DNA of 64,000 nucleotides from Schizochytrium sp. TIO01. Its lineage: Eukaryota > Protista > Bigyra: Labyrinthulomycetes. Positions 59,552 through 64,000 of the stretch are shown here, piece by piece. The stretch is taken from NCBI GenBank assembly GCA_004764695.1, contig SMSO01000031.1:4564436-4628435 (forward strand). Direction: 5' to 3'. The notes under the pieces were generated by a model that worked only from the letters and a program-made list of their open reading frames with translations, made no database searches and had not been told where the DNA came from. Every line of letters begins with the position of its first letter. The stretch's first letter is position 1. Position numbers and translations under genes: made by a program.

Positions 59552-60217
59552 ATTCGCTCCGCGCGAGTCTGCTCCACTGCTCCGCTTCCTTATGAGCACG
59601 CTATAAAATCAATTTTTTCTCTTTTGAGACTCTTTTTGCATTGCTTTTCTTGACTTGTTTTATGTTACCGCCTATGAGCCTTGTGACCCAAGAGAGTGTT
59701 GATTCTTCTGTCTACTTGTTAACCTGCAGTAGTTCAAAGCTGATTTGTGGAACTTATCATTTGGCAAAAAAAAATATATCTATTCTTTCTTCATTATTAT
59801 TATGAATAGGCTTGTTCTTCTTTAGAAGTTTATGCATGAGGCTTTGTGTTGGCGGAGCACGCAACATGATCTTTGCAAACACAATATAAGGTTCTCTAAA
59901 TCGATCGCAGAAGTCCAAAGGGATTTACTAGTTGCCACGACATACAATAAGCTCCCTGCGAACGGTCAAAGTGTACGACGCTTTTCGCGTTCTCTCCACA
60001 CCTCAAAAACTAGAACTAGAAGAAATGATTCTACTTGAGCATGAAGGAGGCGCGAGAAAATTTGGCACTGAAATCAAAATGCTGTCATAGCAAAAGATTT
60101 TCTTAACTTGTCATTGCGACTTTTTTCTTCAATTAGCAAGCCAGACTATGTCAGAGAATCATAGAAACAAGGTGTTCTTCAACAACTGAAAAATCTAGCA
60201 AAATTTCAGAGAAAGGA

Positions 60218-63200
60218 TTAATTTCCGGTGCCCAATACTGCGCTAATGCAACTCTTAAGCTTTCGTGAAAATTGGTCGTAAGGTACGATGACATCTTCCT
60301 TGATGGCGTTGTTGGAGTAAAGGGAGTTGAACTTGACGCCTTCAAGCGTCATTGTCAAGTCAACACGATGCCACTCTCCAATGAAGAGGCGCAACCGCAA
60401 ATGCGAAAGCGGCAACATTTGTACAATGCGTGCACCCTGGTTGATAGCAGCCTTTTGCGCAATGATACGCATGGATAATCCAAACTTGCCGCCTCCTGTG
60501 CGCCCACCTGGGCCTGGTGTACCTCCTGGGGTGTTTGATGGCAAAGGAGTTTCGGGTTGAGAACCAAGCAGTTTGTCTGGCCGCGACGTGAGAACCTCAC
60601 GAATGGCCTTCACAGTTGGGAAGACCATAGGCGAGGGAGGCAAGAACCTGTCGAGCAACTTGCTGCGCAATGTCCCAGTCTACATGGAGAAGATCTGGGC
60701 GAATGTGCTCGTTCAAGAGCGTCACAATCTCATGAACCCATGGAAGAGAAGGCCCATCCACAACGATGAGGTTGAAGGCTCCATCCGTAAAGTTCACTAA
60801 TGCATCCACAGTTACACCATGATGCGAAGCATGGACAGCAACACCGTCAGGACCAGCGTACATCAGCTTGGCAGCAGGAGAAGTAGCATCCGATCCAAAG
60901 CGCACACACCCGTCTGCTTCACCGCCTTGTAAAGTGAGAATTGCTCGAGCTAATATCTCGTGCATTACTGCCATTATTGTGTCCTCATTAACACCTGAGG
61001 TTCCTAGAGATTTCATCGCGGAAGTGACAGCCGGGGCGCGAACGTACCGGAGACGAACGCGGATATCACTTGTTGGTGGTTTCACAAACTGGCCATCTCT
61101 TTCTGTAGCAGCCATGATAAGTAGCGTAGGCGGCTTTCCGAACGGCAAGATTGGCTCTGCCTTTGTACCACGAATATCGAGATGCATAACATCGCCAGGC
61201 TGCAACTGAAAGCATAGTTCAGTTGATTCACCGTACACGGCAGTAATGAGGCGAGGGGCAGGAATGGCCACCGTGTCAGGAGCAACGCGGCGAGTGGATC
61301 CTTTGAGAAGTTCTCGCAAAGTAGTTGCTTGCATTGTTGTTACATGATTTTCTGCAAGGGTCTTGGCCATTTCCAAAGTAGCCCGAACGGTTGCGTCTGA
61401 GCCAAAGTTTTCGGTGACCCCCGGTAGCGGGCCAGCACGCAAAAGCTCAGAGGGATTGACAGAGATGAGTTGTCCGGCACCGCGCACTGGGCCACCTACA
61501 ACAACCCATTCGAGTTGCGACGTAGTGCCGCTTTCACTTCCACCAGCATTAGCTCGAGACAAAGTTCTACCTTGTTTGCTTTTATCTGTTCCATTGGGAA
61601 GATTCGAACTCCGATGTTCATCGATGGTAGGATTAGACTCAGGAATACCTTCGAAGAGTGCTTGCGAGATACCGCGACCTCCAATGCAGAGGTAGTATGC
61701 ATTGTTGCCGATAGCTGATAAACGTACGAACAGGCAGGGCGGAAGAGAAGATGACGAGCTAGCCTTTGACAAGCGCTGAAGAGCTGACATCCTTGAGCCT
61801 TGTGCGTCAGTGGAGTGAGGGATCTCCAGCATGAACGGCATACAGCGTGACGCAGGGAGCTGGAGCTCCTCACAAGCTAGCTCAATTGATTCAAGAATAG
61901 CATGCATGGAGAGCAAGAAAATAGCACGAACAATACCTTCAGCCGCCTTGCTAAATTCAGCCTTGGCAATCTGCTTCTCTACAGCCGAAAGAAGAAGGAG
62001 ATCGGCAGACGCTCCCCAACGCCGAGCGGAGCGGTAGCCACCAGCGCCCTTGGCTTTGCGAAGCAAAGATAACAATAGACATCCGGAACGCATTTCAACA
62101 GTAACTTCGAGAGTGCGCTCCACTGGCAATTCAATATGCAAGGCCACATCATTACCTTGCGTGACGATGCTAGGGGTATTACGGAATTGTGAAAGAGCCC
62201 ATGCTGGGCGTTCAATACGAGTAGAAGATACGGATGCTTCAAGCTCATACAAGAGTTCATCTACGCACAGACCAATTTGATTCAGCCGACTCTCTGCATG
62301 AGCAAGAGCACCTAGCAGAAGCACCTTCTCAACATTAAGACTTGAGGGGCACAAACCATCTACGAGCCCTCCCGTGAATTGTGTTCCCTGGAAATCTGAC
62401 TCATCGTGACCACTGACCTGAAGCTGGCGGTGACGCAATGAGTTGGCACCGGTGACTAGGGCAGATGCAATACTGGAGCGCGTTACTGAAGTATCGATGG
62501 GGGGGTCTAGCTCAACAAAGAGCTGGCCATCCCGTTGCGCGGGATCAAAACAAATACGCAGGGAGCAAGTGTCATCCCAATGGCGCAATTCCACATTTGT
62601 CCCGGTGTTGCTTCCTTTGACTTGCAATTTCCCGAATTTCCAATGATTCTCAGTGAGCTCTCGAGCTTGCGCTTCGAGCATTTTGATGCAGACCGAAGCG
62701 CAAAAGGTATGAACTACTTCATACACATCACGCAGCGGTGTTGTTGAAGTTAGCAAGCGTTGCTGAAGCACACGCAAGAGGTAAAAAACAGCGGCCTTCT
62801 TTGGACGAAAAGCAGCGGAGGCATCACGCGTGTCGATACGCTTTCGTTTCTTCGATGATGTGCCATTTGCATCGGATGAGGATGAATCAGTTCCGTCATA
62901 GTCGAGTGTTGCAATCACGGCATCTTCGTCACCGTCATCCTCCTCAAGCTGTCGCGATTGTCTACGCTTCTTCAAGTCGTTACCATGCTTAGTATTATGA
63001 GAGCTAGATTCAGCAGCATCCCCACTGCCATCCCCACTACGAAGCACATTTCCATCCGATATGTTGTTGCTGTTATCTTGGTCAGGTGCAACAATATTCG
63101 ATGTACTCGTGTCTCCGCCCACAAAAATTGCAACGCTCAAGACGACCCATGGTGAATCAAGAGCTGCTCCTGAGAGAGTTAAAACGACTTCGAATTCGTG

Positions 63201-63764
63201 TTCAACGCGGCACACTAATGTGCCTTCTTCAACTCGGAAAGTAGTAAACTGTTCAGGCGTCTTTTGGTGCAGTAGCCTCTCCAAAATGTACTGCTGCAGC
63301 TTGCGCAAGGTTTCCGATTCGTCCATCTCAGGCAAACGGTCGTCAAGACGTGGGTTGCCTGAGAGACGAGCAATAGTTCTTGGCAGACGCAAATAGGTTC
63401 CTGTGCTGAGGACATCGACCGCATTAGCGATATCATAGACCGGCGCACGTGCAGTATGCAAAACAATTGCACTTCGACGCAAGGCTGCTACAGTCTCAAA
63501 GACCCGCACCTCGTTCATACCGTAGTCTTGCTGCAGAGCCATGATTTTATCCACTAACTGTCCGCTCTCACAGGCCCATTTGATCAGTACCAGTAGCTTG
63601 GTAAAGCGATGACGCATATGCTTGAGGTACTCGACAATCGCCTTTTTACGCTCTTGATCCTCCAGAACTGCAACAGATCTTGACATAGTTTCGAGATCCT
63701 CATGTGCTGTGAGACAAACTCGCCGCACAATATCGCCTACGGCAACTCTTGGAGTGGCGTCCAT
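60218..63764 (-). CDS. MED14: Mediator subunit 14, with one +1 frameshift near 60620-60618
   Basis: N-terminal Med14 motifs: AHEDL...DQERKKAIVEYL...RHRFTKLLVLIKW, ARAPVYDIANAVDVLSTGTYLRLP, VEEGTLVCRVEHEFEVVLTL...W. ORF 60597-63764 appears to continue in ORF 60218-60670. Confidence 0.85.
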
Positions 63765-64000
63765 CTTTCGTTACGTATTACTAATATTCCCGCACGCCTC
63801 GTAAGATGATCGCACCTTCAAGATTAAAAGTAAACTAAATACGTACTCCACAAACACCACGTTGTTTTGAAAAACTGTCAGCCGGGCAAATTTTTTATTG
63901 CACGTTCAGGTCAGTGTACCCGTTTCCACTCTCGCTCCCAGGTTGTAAAGACTAGATCTGCTTCAAAGGTCGCCAAGTTAAGATAATCAAGAGTGCTAGA

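Overview
Eukaryotic nuclear DNA, most likely from a labyrinthulomycete/thraustochytrid-type stramenopile. This is an inference from the intron-poor genes with 5'-proximal GT-AG introns and CTRAC branch points, the N-terminally extended eL41, flagellar-type proteins and dense tetranucleotide microsatellites. The left 26 kb holds four intronless, signal-peptide-bearing iduronate-2-sulfatase-like (S1, CAPSR) sulfatases, interleaved with GLE1 and decayed coding relics. A calcyphosin/DM10 protein and RPL30 follow, then a ~16.7-kb microsatellite-rich stretch with no credible gene. That stretch ends at a 1146-aa protein with the architecture of a membrane-tethered transcription factor: putative DNA-binding domain, NLS, two TM helices and a luminal RLLL site-1-protease-like motif. 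It is the best candidate here for an undescribed system. The right end is gene-dense: flavin monooxygenase, TMEM14, UFM1, an IMPACT/dynein-MTBD-like fusion, RPL41 and MED14. GLE1 (twice) and MED14 (once) are broken by +1 frameshifts, most likely assembly insertions. All domain calls are by motif recognition only; no searches were run.
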